From an uncultured Acidobacteriota bacterium (GTDB taxonomy: Bacteria; Acidobacteriota; Thermoanaerobaculia; Multivoradales; UBA5704): a DNA stretch of 64,000 nucleotides. Positions 29,816-39,643 of this stretch are shown one piece after another. The notes under the pieces were generated by a model that saw nothing but the letters and a program-made list of their open reading frames with translations, ran no database searches and was not told the origin of the DNA. The position numbers and the translations under genes are program-made. How positions within the stretch are numbered: the stretch's first letter is position 1; every line of letters begins with the position of its first letter. Where the stretch lies: contig CAVYRF010000002.1 in NCBI GenBank assembly GCA_963770895.1, forward strand, positions 5,056,001-5,120,000, in the 5' to 3' direction.

Positions 29816-30049
29816 ATGGGCACCCGAACCATCGAGCTCGACACTGAAGCTTACGAGGTCTTAGCGCGCGAGGCGCGGCCGGGCGAAACCTTCTCCGAAG
29901 TGATCAAGTCGCGCTTCGGCCGACGCGTCACGGCGGGTGATCTGCTGCGGGCCGCGGCTGAAGCGAAGGTCTCGGCGGAGACCTTGGATGCGGTGGATGA
30001 GCTGATCCGTACCCGCGGCGAGAGCCCGGCCACCGCCGCGGATCTGTGA
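29816..30049 (+). CDS. vapB: VapB-type antitoxin
   Basis: TRTIELDTEAYEVL...PGETFSEVI; overlaps vapC. Confidence 0.85.
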   Translation: MGTRTIELDTEAYEVLAREARPGETFSEVIKSRFGRRVTAGDLLRAAAEAKVSAETLDAVDELIRTRGESPATAADL

Positions 30050-30450
30050 TCCACTTCGATACGTCTTTCGTCGTCGATGTCCTGCGCGAGTCGTCGCAGC
30101 TGGGCGGAGGGCCGGCGACGTCTCTTCTGGCATCGCTGGCCGAGGAGGAGTTCGCGGTCAGCATCTTTGTCGTTTGCGAGCTGTTCTCCGGAGCGGCCCT
30201 GGCGCAGCGGGGCGATCAGGAGAGGCAGCGGGTGAAGGGCTTTCTCTCGAACCTTCGTATCGTCCAGCCGGACGGAGACTTTGCGGAAGCCTACGGAGCG
30301 ATCTTCGCCGCTGCCAGGCGCTCTGGCCGTAATTCGGGCGTCATGGATCTTCTCATCGCGACTGCGGCGGTCCGCGAGCGAGCGCGCCTGTTGACTCGTG
30401 ATCGGAAGGATTTCCTTGCGTTACCTGGGCTCGATCTGATGTCCTACTAG
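30046..30450 (+). CDS. vapC: VapC PIN-domain toxin
   Basis: IHFDTS...EL...DLLIATAA...LLTRDRKDF. Confidence 0.92.
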   Translation: MIHFDTSFVVDVLRESSQLGGGPATSLLASLAEEEFAVSIFVVCELFSGAALAQRGDQERQRVKGFLSNLRIVQPDGDFAEAYGAIFAAARRSGRNSGVMDLLIATAAVRERARLLTRDRKDFLALPGLDLMSY

Positions 30451-30549
30451 GAAACGCATTTGAAAGATGCCCTCTCCTGGCATGCCCAGGGGATGAACCT
30501 TCCCCGATCGGCCACTCTGGCCGGGACCGGGGCAACTCCACTCGTGTCT

Positions 30550-31405
30550 CTACTTCTGGGCAGGCTCGATGGTGAAGGTCTGGGTGAACGTCTTTCGCGG
30601 CCCGACGGGCGGTTCGCCGTAGGCGGTGTTGGCTGTCTCTGCGGTGATCTCTCCTTTGGAGGGTGGCTTTTTCCCAACGACGGTCATCGGGTTGGACGAT
30701 GAGTAGGTGATGGTCCTTCGCCACTCTTCATCACGGCTTTGTCGCCGCCGCTCCTGCCCACGAGGTCGAGCTGAAACGCCACGATCGGCGTGCGGACGGA
30801 GGTCGGGACGACAGGACCGGGCGGGCTTGACGGCGGTACGGGGAGCGTCCACCTGTGCCGCTCCTTGCCATCCTTCTGCTCGTAGGTGAATTCCGCTCCC
30901 GTGATGAGGTCGCCGTCGTACTTCATCCTGAAGGTGAACCTGGCCCCCGCCGGCAAGGTCCGCGGGTTCGGCAGGTGCTAGATCGGCTCCGGGTCGGTTT
31001 TCCTGTTGAACGAATTGGGCTTGGCGAAATATTCGATCGAGGCGCCAACCACCGACCCCAGCGACTTCTTACCTTTCTTGAAGTTGGGGTGGAAGCCCAT
31101 CACGTATTGCTGCCAGTTCGTCTGGGCATCGAGCGGCGAGTTCGCATTCAGCTGCACATGGAAGCCGATGTCGTCGCAGACCACGTCCTTGGTGATCTCG
31201 ACCGTGACCACGAGGTCCCGGATCGGCTTGCCGTCGTTGTAGAGATAGTAGTTGTGATTGCTCTTGAGCCCGGCGCTGGGGGGCTTCGCCATCTCGTCCC
31301 AAACGCCGAACCCCTGGCAATGAGGAGCGCAAGCCCGAGCAGCAGAGCGCGGTGCGTGCGGCGGCGGCGATCGGCTTCACCAACTTGGGTGCTAGCGTCG
31401 AGCAA
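30550..31405 (-). pseudogene. Secreted beta-rich hypothetical protein with three lesions
   Basis: RBS + TTG leader; frameshift near 31295; in-frame TAG at 30978; second frameshift near 30715. Confidence 0.65.
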
Positions 31406-31639
31406 GGCTCCCTCCTCCCCACGGTCATCCGGCGACAGACCGCGTTCGATCTGTCTCGTCGAAGTGTTGTGCGCCCCACCGGGGCTCCAATTGCAGATGC
31501 AACTACAACCAAGGCTACGTCAGGGCCCGATTTGGGTCAACAGCCCCGGGCGACCCGGGACGACATGCCATGGAGCAGCGCATTGCGTTAGATCCTGGCC
31601 TTCCATCGCGCCCACCGTGCCCCACGCCGGGGCAAGGCC

Positions 31640-31746
31640 TCGGCAAGCTCGACCCGCTCGAACAGCGCGCCTTTTTCATCGGCGCCGGCATCCGCCGGAA
31701 AGACGACAACCTCAAGTACCTCCTCGGCGCCGCCTCCAAGTTCTAA
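31640..31746 (+). pseudogene. C-terminal fragment resembling MlaD/MCE-family proteins
   Basis: AFFIGAGIRRKDDNLKYLLGAASKF*; family recalled from memory only. Confidence 0.4.
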
Positions 31747-32134
31747 ATCGTGCCCGAGCCGTCGGGCGGCGGCAGGGCGAGGCTGAGCTGACGCGCGGCT
31801 GAACCTCGCGTTATCTCGTAAGGGCTTGGAGAGCACCTCTACCAGTTCCCTCGAACCGTGCCGAGGGGGGCGGTGACGGGGGCTGTGCGCGGTGCGGATC
31901 GATGCTTGCGAGAGGAGTCGAAGCCGGCTGGCGATAAATCGACATATTCACATTTTGCATCGCCTGTATTGCGATTTGTAGAGGCGAGGGGCGCTCTCTC
32001 CGGTGCTGGCGCCTGTGCCGCGGTGCCGCGGCCTTCGTCGCCGGTTGGGCCGGTCGCGAGCTGCGCGTCGACTGTAGCGAGAAATAGGCCAGATGTGAAC
32101 GATTCATACCGTGCGAATACATGGAGAAAAGATC

Positions 32135-33580
32135 ATGAGTTCAGCCAAGCCGAGTCGATGCACTCTGCTCCTGGTCGTGGCGCTCCTGTCCTTGCTGATC
32201 GCGCCGACGCTCCTGTGGGGCGGTGACCAGGAAAAAGACAAAAAACCTGCGACGTCGCAGCCGGCGCCGTCAGGGGCCCCCAAGTCGGCGGCGCCGGCCG
32301 GTCACTCCACGGCGCAACCGGGCGGCTCTGCAGGCGCTCGGCCGGGCGGTCTTTCCGCGCCGACGAAGCTCCCCACCAAGGGGGGGCTTCCTGCAAACGG
32401 CAAATCGTCTGGCGCCGCGAGTACGAGGGCGCAGGCGGCGCCACCTAACAGAAAGCCGACCCAGACCGTTCAGCTGCCAGGCGGCCCGGCGTCTGTGTCA
32501 CGTCGTCCCAACGGCGCCGTCGCCACGATCCATGCGCACGGCATGACGATCAGCCATCCTCTCCGCGGTCCCAGGACGGTGGTCAAAGAAGTCAACGGCC
32601 GTCAGATCGTCGCGACCGGTGGCCGCAGAGGCTACGTCCAGCGAGCATACTTCAGCCGCGACGGCAGGACCTACGTCCAGCGCACCTACGTGGTGCACGG
32701 CGTCTCCTACGCCTCGGTCTACCACTCTTACAGCTATCGCGGAGTCGTGTACTACGGCTATGTGCCGGCGTACTACTACAGGCCCGTCTACTACGGTTGG
32801 GCCTACGAGCCGTGGGGGGCGCCGGTGGCCTACGGTCCCGCGGCATGGGGCTGGGGCGGTTCCCCCTGGTACGGCTTCTACGGAGCCTATTTCACACCGT
32901 ACCCCGCCTATGCCGGCGCCTCCCAGTGGCTTGCGGACTACCTGGTGGCGGCAAATCTCCAGGCCGCCTACGACGCCAGAAGCCAGGTGGACGCAAGCTC
33001 GGCTGCCGGTGGCGCGGCGGCGAGGAACGCGGCGCTGAGCCCCGAGGTCAAGCAGATGATCGCTGAGGAGGTGAGGAACCAGCTGGCCGCGTCGAAGGTG
33101 GCGGCGAGCTCGAAGGCAACGGCAACGAGCGCCGATCAGCAACCGGATGCGCTCAATCCGGCCGAGCGGACCTTCGTGGTGTCCAGCCACCTCGATGTCG
33201 CCACCGCGACCGGGGAGTGCGGCCTGGGCCCCGGCGACGTGCTCATGCGGATCTCGGACGCACCGGACGCCAACCAGAGCGTATCCGCCAGCGTGCAGGG
33301 CAGCAAACAAGCCGATTGCCCGGTCGGAGCCACCGTCTCGGTCGGCCTCCAAGACCTGCAAGAAATGCACAACAGCTTCCGCCAGCAGCTCGACGCGGGG
33401 CTGCAAACCCTGGCCAGCAACGCGGGCAAGGGCGGTCTGCCGCAGGCACCGGACACCACGACGATCGGCAGCGAAGTCGCCGCGCCGACGCCCGACAAGA
33501 ATGCGGCAGATCAGCTCGATAGTGCCGAACAGGAGGCCGAGTCGGTCGACAAAGCAATTCCGGCGTCGGGCGGCCATTAA
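32135..33580 (+). CDS. Secreted protein with Tyr/Gly/Trp-rich central region
   Basis: GGAG RBS; signal peptide; YYGYVPAYYYRPVYYGW block. Confidence 0.75.
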   Translation: MSSAKPSRCTLLLVVALLSLLIAPTLLWGGDQEKDKKPATSQPAPSGAPKSAAPAGHSTAQPGGSAGARPGGLSAPTKLPTKGGLPANGKSSGAASTRAQAAPPNRKPTQTVQLPGGPASVSRRPNGAVATIHAHGMTISHPLRGPRTVVKEVNGRQIVATGGRRGYVQRAYFSRDGRTYVQRTYVVHGVSYASVYHSYSYRGVVYYGYVPAYYYRPVYYGWAYEPWGAPVAYGPAAWGWGGSPWYGFYGAYFTPYPAYAGASQWLADYLVAANLQAAYDARSQVDASSAAGGAAARNAALSPEVKQMIAEEVRNQLAASKVAASSKATATSADQQPDALNPAERTFVVSSHLDVATATGECGLGPGDVLMRISDAPDANQSVSASVQGSKQADCPVGATVSVGLQDLQEMHNSFRQQLDAGLQTLASNAGKGGLPQAPDTTTIGSEVAAPTPDKNAADQLDSAEQEAESVDKAIPASGGH

Positions 33581-33610
33581 CCTAGACGTTGCTCCAATGG
33601 AGAATCGACG

Positions 33611-34402
33611 ATGAACCAGGCAACCCGCAGGGCGATCATGATCGCGTGCTGGTTCGCGGTGGCGAAGCTGGCGTGCTCAGCGGCGGCGGCCCAGAGCTCG
33701 GCGCCTCCCTCGACCGCGGAACAGCTGCAGGCCCAATACAAGCCCCTCAAGACGACGAGGGATTCCAGCGGCAATGTTGCGGTCACCGATGGAACCGTGC
33801 TCGTCGTTCGCAAAGCGGGGCTGACGGCGCTGCCCGTCAGCCACCCTCTCAACCCGTGTGCCTCGACCTATGCCGACGGCCGGCTCAAGGCGCCGCGTTT
33901 TGTCTGCCAGCTGGCGATCCAGGCCGCAAGCAGGGGAACCAACGGCCCTCCGACCGTGGACCTGCCGGTGGGACAGAAGGCTTATCCTTCGGCCATCGCG
34001 GTCGACTCCAGACATGAGACGATCAAGTTCGAGCTCGCCGCCTGCGACGTTTGCAGCGGCGCCGACGCCAACTATTTCAAGGCGGAGGTCGACTTTCAGC
34101 TCCCCAAGGGGATGCTCGCCAGCGGCGACATCTCGCAAGTGGAGGACCTGATCGGTCAGGTCCTCTCGATCGACACCAGCGGCGGCGATCAGGCCCAGGC
34201 CCCGCAGGCGGCCCCGGCGCAACCGGCAACCGCCGCGGCAGCACGCGAGCCGGTGAGCATTCAACAGGGCCAGACGATCGGGGACGTCGAGCAGGCTCTT
34301 GGCAAGCCGGTGAAAACGCTCACCGTCGCAAACAAGGTCATCTACGTCTATCCGGATCTGAAGATCACGTTCATGAACGGCAAGGTGACGGACGTGCAGT
34401 AG
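33611..34402 (+). CDS. Secreted hypothetical protein with SmpA/BamE-like C-terminus
   Basis: Signal peptide; IQQGQT...VEQALGKP...IYVYPDLKITF..GKVTDVQ. Confidence 0.7.
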   Translation: MNQATRRAIMIACWFAVAKLACSAAAAQSSAPPSTAEQLQAQYKPLKTTRDSSGNVAVTDGTVLVVRKAGLTALPVSHPLNPCASTYADGRLKAPRFVCQLAIQAASRGTNGPPTVDLPVGQKAYPSAIAVDSRHETIKFELAACDVCSGADANYFKAEVDFQLPKGMLASGDISQVEDLIGQVLSIDTSGGDQAQAPQAAPAQPATAAAAREPVSIQQGQTIGDVEQALGKPVKTLTVANKVIYVYPDLKITFMNGKVTDVQ

Positions 34403-34484
34403 CGGGACGACGGACGCAGGCGCCCGCCATCTCGGCGTGCGTCTGTGTCCACCCAGGCTTGAGAAGCTCGGGCGGGTTTGCAGC

Positions 34485-36947
34485 TCATTCCGAGCGCAGG
34501 GCTTCGATGGCGTCCACCCTGGCGGCGCGCGCCGCGGGGAGCGCCGATGCGACCATGGCGGCGGCCAGGATGACCGCGGCCGAGAGAAGCAATGTCATCG
34601 CTCCCGGCAGCCGGACATCCGCAATGAAGCTGCCGACCAGGCGTTCGGCGGCCAGTCCGATCAGGAGACCCGCGGCCACGCCCACGATGGCGATGACCAG
34701 ACCCTCCAGCAGCACCTTGGCGAGGATGCCGTGAGGCTGCGCTCCCAGCGCCAGGCGGATGCCGAACTCGCGGGTGCGGCCGCTCACGGAGAAGGCAAGC
34801 ACGCCCGCGACGCCCACCACCGAGATCAGGACAGCCAGACCGGCAAATCCTCCAAAGACGATGGCGTTGAGGCGGTCGGGCGTCAGGACCTCGGCGCGGA
34901 TGTCGTCGAGCGTGCTGGCCTGCTCCACGGGCTGGTCGGCGGCCATCTGGTGGATGATTTGGCTGATGGCGGGGACCAGCGCGTACGGGTCATGGTGGGC
35001 GCGGACGAACAGGCGGCCGTTGAACCCCTCCTGTTCGACGGGTTGATACACCTTCATGCTCGGCAGCGGAATGATGTTCTCGTCGTCAAAGTCCGGCACC
35101 ACGCCGACGATCCGCCGTGGCGTGCCGCTGATGCCGATGAACTTGATGACGCCATCGGTCCACCACAGGTGACGGCCGACGGCGTGGCGCCCCGGGAAGA
35201 GCTGCTGGGCGACGCTGCGGCTGATGATCACCACCTGCTCGGCGCCGTCGCGATCTGAATCCTGGAAATCACGGCCTTCCTGGATCGGCACACCCAGCGT
35301 TTCGAAAAAGCCCGGAGATATCGGGCGGAAGCGGGCGCGCAGGTCCTCCATCCCGTTTTCGCGCCTGGCACCTTCCGCGGCGAAGGCGAGGCTGATGGTG
35401 AGGGCGCGGCCGTCACGCCATGGCACGCCGAAACCGGTGGAGACGCGCTCGACTCCCGGCAAGGCGGCGATCCGCTGCTGCACGTCGCGATAGAACTGCC
35501 GGACCTGTTGCGGCGTCCTGCCGTAGGACATCACCGGCAGGTCCACGGCCAGGACATGCGCGGTTTCGAAGGGCGGTTGCGTCTTCTCCAACGCCATGAG
35601 GGTCCGCAATAGCGCGCCGGCGCCGGCGAGCAGTGAGAACGCGGCAATCACCTGTGCTACGGCAAACAACCGCAGCAGCCGCGTGCTGCCGCCGGTAACG
35701 CGGCCGCCGCCGCCCGCGAGCCCCAACCGGCCAGACACGTCCGCCGACGGCAAGCGCGGGACGAAGGCCAGGAAGACGCCGGCGACCAGCGCCAGCGCAC
35801 CGCCGATCCAAAGCAGATTGGAATCGAGCTTGAGATCGAGCGCGCGCGCCGAGAAGCGCGCCGCATAGCGCGCCAGCACCGAGACCATGGGAGCCGCGAT
35901 GAGCACGCCGGCCAGCGCGCCGCTTGCGGAAAGCACGATTCCCTCCGCCAGGAGAGACCGGCGGAGCGATCCCCGGGTGGCTCCCAACGCCACGCGCACC
36001 GCCAGCTCGGACTCGCGGTGAACGGCCCGCGCCAGGACGAGATTGGCGACGTTCGAGCAGGCGATCACGAACAGCAGGCCGGAGGCGGCCAAGAGCACCC
36101 ATAGGATGGTCTTGGCACGCGCATTGAGCTGGTCATGCAGCCGCGTCACATCGATCTTGTAGCGATCCTGCGGCTTGTAGACATCCGGGTGGGCGCCGAG
36201 CATCGCCGCATACACCGCGCCCAGCTCGGCGCGCGCGGTAACAAGCTCCGCGCCGGGAGCAAGCCGGGCGAAGACCTCGGTCATGCGATGCTCGCGGCCG
36301 GTGACCATGGTGGCGGAAAGGTGATGCGGGCTGGTGACGATGTTGGCGATCAGCTCGGTCTCGGTCGGGTAGGGGACCGATGGCTCCAGGACTCCGACGA
36401 TCACCGCGTTGCGTGCTCCGCCATAGCTTTCGAGCCGGATCGTCTTGCCGAGCACGGCGGGGTCGGAGTGCAACCCGGTCTTCCAGAAGCGATACGTGAG
36501 CACCGCCGCCCCCGCGGCGTTCGGGCCGTCGTCCTGGGGCCCGAGCAGCCGTCCCAGCACCGGGCGCAGGCCCATCACTTCGAAGTAGCTGCCGTCGACC
36601 ACCCCGGCGCGGATTTCGCGGGGCTGGCCCAGCCCCACCAGCCCGATGTCGAGCTCCGAAAAGGTGCCGAGCTTGGTGATGCTCTTGAGCCCCGAGCCGA
36701 TATCGTCGATCTCCGGGATGGAGAAGGCGGCATTGTCGACGCCGATCCCAGGAGCGCTCTGGCGAACGTAGAGCAGACGATCCTCGTCGCGATTGGCCAG
36801 CGGGCGCAGGAGCACACCGCGCACGACACTGAAGATCGCCGCGTTCGCGCCGATGCCCAGGGCCAGGGTGGCGGCGACGGTGATCCACAAGGTGCGGGCC
36901 CGCGCCAGGGAGCGCAGCGCTACTTTCAAATCGCGAAGGAAGGACAT
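34485..36947 (-). CDS. ADOP (duplicated MacB/FtsX) ABC permease
   Basis: GAGG RBS; TLALGIGANAAIFS, IACSNVANL, EFGIRLALGA and ARVD.IEALRSE. Confidence 0.92.
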   Translation of the reverse strand: MSFLRDLKVALRSLARARTLWITVAATLALGIGANAAIFSVVRGVLLRPLANRDEDRLLYVRQSAPGIGVDNAAFSIPEIDDIGSGLKSITKLGTFSELDIGLVGLGQPREIRAGVVDGSYFEVMGLRPVLGRLLGPQDDGPNAAGAAVLTYRFWKTGLHSDPAVLGKTIRLESYGGARNAVIVGVLEPSVPYPTETELIANIVTSPHHLSATMVTGREHRMTEVFARLAPGAELVTARAELGAVYAAMLGAHPDVYKPQDRYKIDVTRLHDQLNARAKTILWVLLAASGLLFVIACSNVANLVLARAVHRESELAVRVALGATRGSLRRSLLAEGIVLSASGALAGVLIAAPMVSVLARYAARFSARALDLKLDSNLLWIGGALALVAGVFLAFVPRLPSADVSGRLGLAGGGGRVTGGSTRLLRLFAVAQVIAAFSLLAGAGALLRTLMALEKTQPPFETAHVLAVDLPVMSYGRTPQQVRQFYRDVQQRIAALPGVERVSTGFGVPWRDGRALTISLAFAAEGARRENGMEDLRARFRPISPGFFETLGVPIQEGRDFQDSDRDGAEQVVIISRSVAQQLFPGRHAVGRHLWWTDGVIKFIGISGTPRRIVGVVPDFDDENIIPLPSMKVYQPVEQEGFNGRLFVRAHHDPYALVPAISQIIHQMAADQPVEQASTLDDIRAEVLTPDRLNAIVFGGFAGLAVLISVVGVAGVLAFSVSGRTREFGIRLALGAQPHGILAKVLLEGLVIAIVGVAAGLLIGLAAERLVGSFIADVRLPGAMTLLLSAAVILAAAMVASALPAARAARVDAIEALRSE

Positions 36948-37149
36948 CCGCGGCCTCCGTTCGTGCCAGTCGCGCCGCCGGCCGGCGAGCTCGGATGACC
37001 CAAAGATCACCGCCGCCTGCTGGTGGCGGATCGGCTCCCTGGTTCCGCTGCTTGGGGCGCCCCCCTATTCTTGACGATGATGCGGCAGGTGTCCAGAGCC
37101 AGCTCGCCGGCCGGTGTCTGTCCAGCGGACTCGCCGGAGCGCCCCGGCC

Positions 37150-37572
37150 CTACTCTTCGAGCGGCTTCGGTGTCGAGCCCCGCGGCTGGTGATAGATGCC
37201 GGCCCAGAAGGGGCCGGTCGCCTGATGAATCGTGTTGACGTCGTGATAGAGGACCGTGCCACGTGTGCATTGCACCGGGGTTCCGTCGTCGGCGATGTCG
37301 TCGAGCTCGCCGGCGAGCGTGATGACGATCTCGCCGTAGATCCCGCCCGGATTGTGGAGGTGGCGGGGCGAGCCCCAGTTCTCGACCGCGGCGACGGCCC
37401 AGATCTCCTTGGTTTCCGGGTTCACGAAGAGCGGCGCCAGGGCTCGCACGCGCCGATTGGCCGGATCGCTTTCGACCTGCCACTTGAGTCCAAGGGGCGC
37501 GAGCTTTTCCATCACCCCCTGCACACTACGGATCGAATCATCAACCTCGAACAGCGCAGCCGGAAAGTTCAT
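37150..37572 (-). CDS. Cupin-like protein
   Basis: AAGGAG RBS; HLH...GE...LAGEL...G.VLYH...IH. Confidence 0.65.
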   Translation of the reverse strand: MNFPAALFEVDDSIRSVQGVMEKLAPLGLKWQVESDPANRRVRALAPLFVNPETKEIWAVAAVENWGSPRHLHNPGGIYGEIVITLAGELDDIADDGTPVQCTRGTVLYHDVNTIHQATGPFWAGIYHQPRGSTPKPLEE

Positions 37573-37750
37573 GGTGTGCTCTCCTTTGTAGAGACCTGCA
37601 AGAAGCTCAGAAGAGGCTGGTCAGGCCTCTGCAGCAGCTCCGCGGCGCAAGTGCCCTGGATGGCGGACTTCAGTGATGATCCTTACTCGAAGGCTCTGCT
37701 TGCGCAAGGGCGGTCTGGCCAGAAGCGCGCGGCGGGGGGGCGCTGGCGCC

Positions 37751-38085
37751 TCAGGCCCGCCGGAGCGCCAGGCGCAGGCCGAGCAGGGTCAGGGCCAGCA
37801 CGAACGTGAGCGCCAGGGCGCCCAGGAGGCGGTCCAGGTTTGGGATGCCGGTCCATTGCAGATAGTGGATCCGGTAGAGCAGGTCGATGCGTTCGGTGTC
37901 CCGGCCGCGCTGGCGCAGGCTCAGCCGCAGGGTGCCGCCAGAGGGTAGGTCCTGACCGACAGCGTCTGATACGCCTTCGCATACCCCGGCTTCAGGAAGA
38001 AGACGAAGCCGGTCGCGACCCAGCCCAGGAAGGGGAGCAGCAGAACGATCCCGAGCAAGCGGTGCAGCTTTCTGGTCGTGCGTCG
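37751..38085 (-). pseudogene. PepSY-associated TM protein, internally deleted
   Basis: RKLHRLLGIVLLLPFLGWVATG in one frame and IDLLYRIHYLQWTG in another, with the middle missing. Confidence 0.6.
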
Positions 38086-38348
38086 GGGGTGCCGGCAGCG
38101 CCGCGGGCGCGGCGATCGCGCGCCGGTCCGGCTGGCTGGGTGCGTGGGGGCGCGATCGCATGGGCGGGCGGTCGTCGGAGTGGGGGGAGCGCGGGAAGGG
38201 GCGGGCTGGCGCCGCGGGGATCGCGGCCGGGATTCTAGCCCGGGTGGCGGCGTCCGTCGCGGCGGTATCGGCACTGATCTTGCAGATCAGGCTTCTGGCC
38301 GGTATTGCCAATGTCGCAGGTTGAGGAGAGACCTATGGAGACACGGAC

Positions 38349-39275
38349 ATGAAGATCGATCGCCCTCGCCCCTTGGGCGCCCTGTTGCGCGGGCTTTGCC
38401 CGTTTCTCGTCGTGGCGGCGTTCGCGTTGCCGGCGGTGGCCGTGGCGGCGGCGAGCGAGCTGCCGCCGCTGAACGATCCCGCCAGCTCCGAGCATCACGT
38501 AGGTAAGGTGATCTGGGTTGAGCTGGTGACGCCGGACCTTGCCGGTGCGAAGAAATTCTATTCCGGCCTGTTCGGCTGGACCTTCCGTGACACGCAGGTG
38601 GGCAAGTCGGACTATACCGTCGCGTTGCTCGATGGCGTGCCGGTGGGAGGCCTTTTCGTGCGGCCGCGGCCGGCCGGTGAACAGCTGCGGCCGACCTGGT
38701 TGACGTTCATCGCCGTCAAGGACGTCGAGGCGGCGAAGCGGACCGCGCTGGCGCACGGCGCCAAGGTCGTGTCAGAGCCCAAGAGTCACCCCAAACGCGG
38801 CACCCAGGCGATTCTTACCGATCCCGAAGGGGCTCACTTTGCAGTGCTCGCCTCCAGCAGCGGTGATCCATCCGACTACCTGGCGGCGCCCGGCGAGTGG
38901 ATCTGGAGCTCGCTTCACGTCGGCGACGTCGACAAGGCCGCGGCCTTCTATCAGACGCTTTTCGGCTATGACGTGTTCGACCTGGAAGCGGATGACGGTG
39001 CGGAGCACGTCATCCTGTCGAGCGACGACTACGCTCGTGCCAGCGTGAATGCCTTGCCCTCGGGTTCGAGCCTTCATCCTCACTGGCTCAACTTCGTGCG
39101 CGTCGTGGATACCGGTGCCGCGGCGGCGAAGGTGGTTGCGCTGGGCGGGCGGGTGCTGGTCGAACCGCACCTCGATCGCCATGGCGGCAAGGTGGCCGTG
39201 GTCGCCGATCCGGCGGGAGCCCCCTTCGGTTTGATGGAGTGGTCGGAAGCAGACACCAAGAAGGAGCCGAAATGA
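38349..39275 (+). CDS. Secreted two-domain VOC/glyoxalase-family protein
   Basis: WVELVTPD...FYSGLFGW...DPEGA, duplicated. Confidence 0.9.
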   Translation: MKIDRPRPLGALLRGLCPFLVVAAFALPAVAVAAASELPPLNDPASSEHHVGKVIWVELVTPDLAGAKKFYSGLFGWTFRDTQVGKSDYTVALLDGVPVGGLFVRPRPAGEQLRPTWLTFIAVKDVEAAKRTALAHGAKVVSEPKSHPKRGTQAILTDPEGAHFAVLASSSGDPSDYLAAPGEWIWSSLHVGDVDKAAAFYQTLFGYDVFDLEADDGAEHVILSSDDYARASVNALPSGSSLHPHWLNFVRVVDTGAAAAKVVALGGRVLVEPHLDRHGGKVAVVADPAGAPFGLMEWSEADTKKEPK

Positions 39276-39565
39276 GCATCTCGCTGCGACGTGTGGGTCT
39301 GGGTGTGCTCGGCTGCCTGATGCTGGCGATGGTCGCTGCCTGCGTGGCGTCGGTGGGAGTTGCCGGGGACGACTACTATGACGGCCCAGGGTACGTGGAC
39401 GGAGGGTACGTAGGGACGGGGGTCGTGTACGGCGGCTGGGACCGCTATCACGTGGGACCGCCCCGCGGTGGCGAACGCCGCCACGACGATCGCGCCCACA
39501 GCTATCGGCCGGCGGACCGGTCACACCCCACTCCGTCGATTCCCAATCGCGCGCATCACCACTAA
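39272..39565 (+). CDS. Small lipoprotein
   Basis: ATGA overlap; lipobox VAAC; G/Y-rich body. Confidence 0.7.
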   Translation: MSISLRRVGLGVLGCLMLAMVAACVASVGVAGDDYYDGPGYVDGGYVGTGVVYGGWDRYHVGPPRGGERRHDDRAHSYRPADRSHPTPSIPNRAHHH

Positions 39566-39643
39566 AGAGGCCTTCTGCCCAGCCGCTCGCGCGCCCGGCC
39601 CCTGCACCAGGGCCGGGCGCGCGTTTTGGCGAGAGTCCGCAGC

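Larger units (their letters stand above)
7811..38200. mobile_element. Decayed tRNA-Cys-associated genomic island (right boundary not identified)
   Basis: Starts right after tRNA-Cys; contains an integrase pseudogene, TA pairs, IS21 remnants and many gene fragments; no convincing attR seen. Confidence 0.6.

Noticed and set aside
30978-30980. Pyrrolysine/readthrough at the in-frame TAG
   Set aside because: The same gene has two frameshifts, so decay is the simpler explanation
31725-31750. attR copy of the tRNA-Cys 3' end (CGCCTCCAA..TCTAA)
   Set aside because: Only 9 bp are exact, and they are explained as the codons ending a gene fragment; similar short matches occur at 22436 and 25192
20760-34480. 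Integron cassette array
   Set aside because: No recurring attC-like sites, mixed gene orientation, and the integrase is not IntI-like
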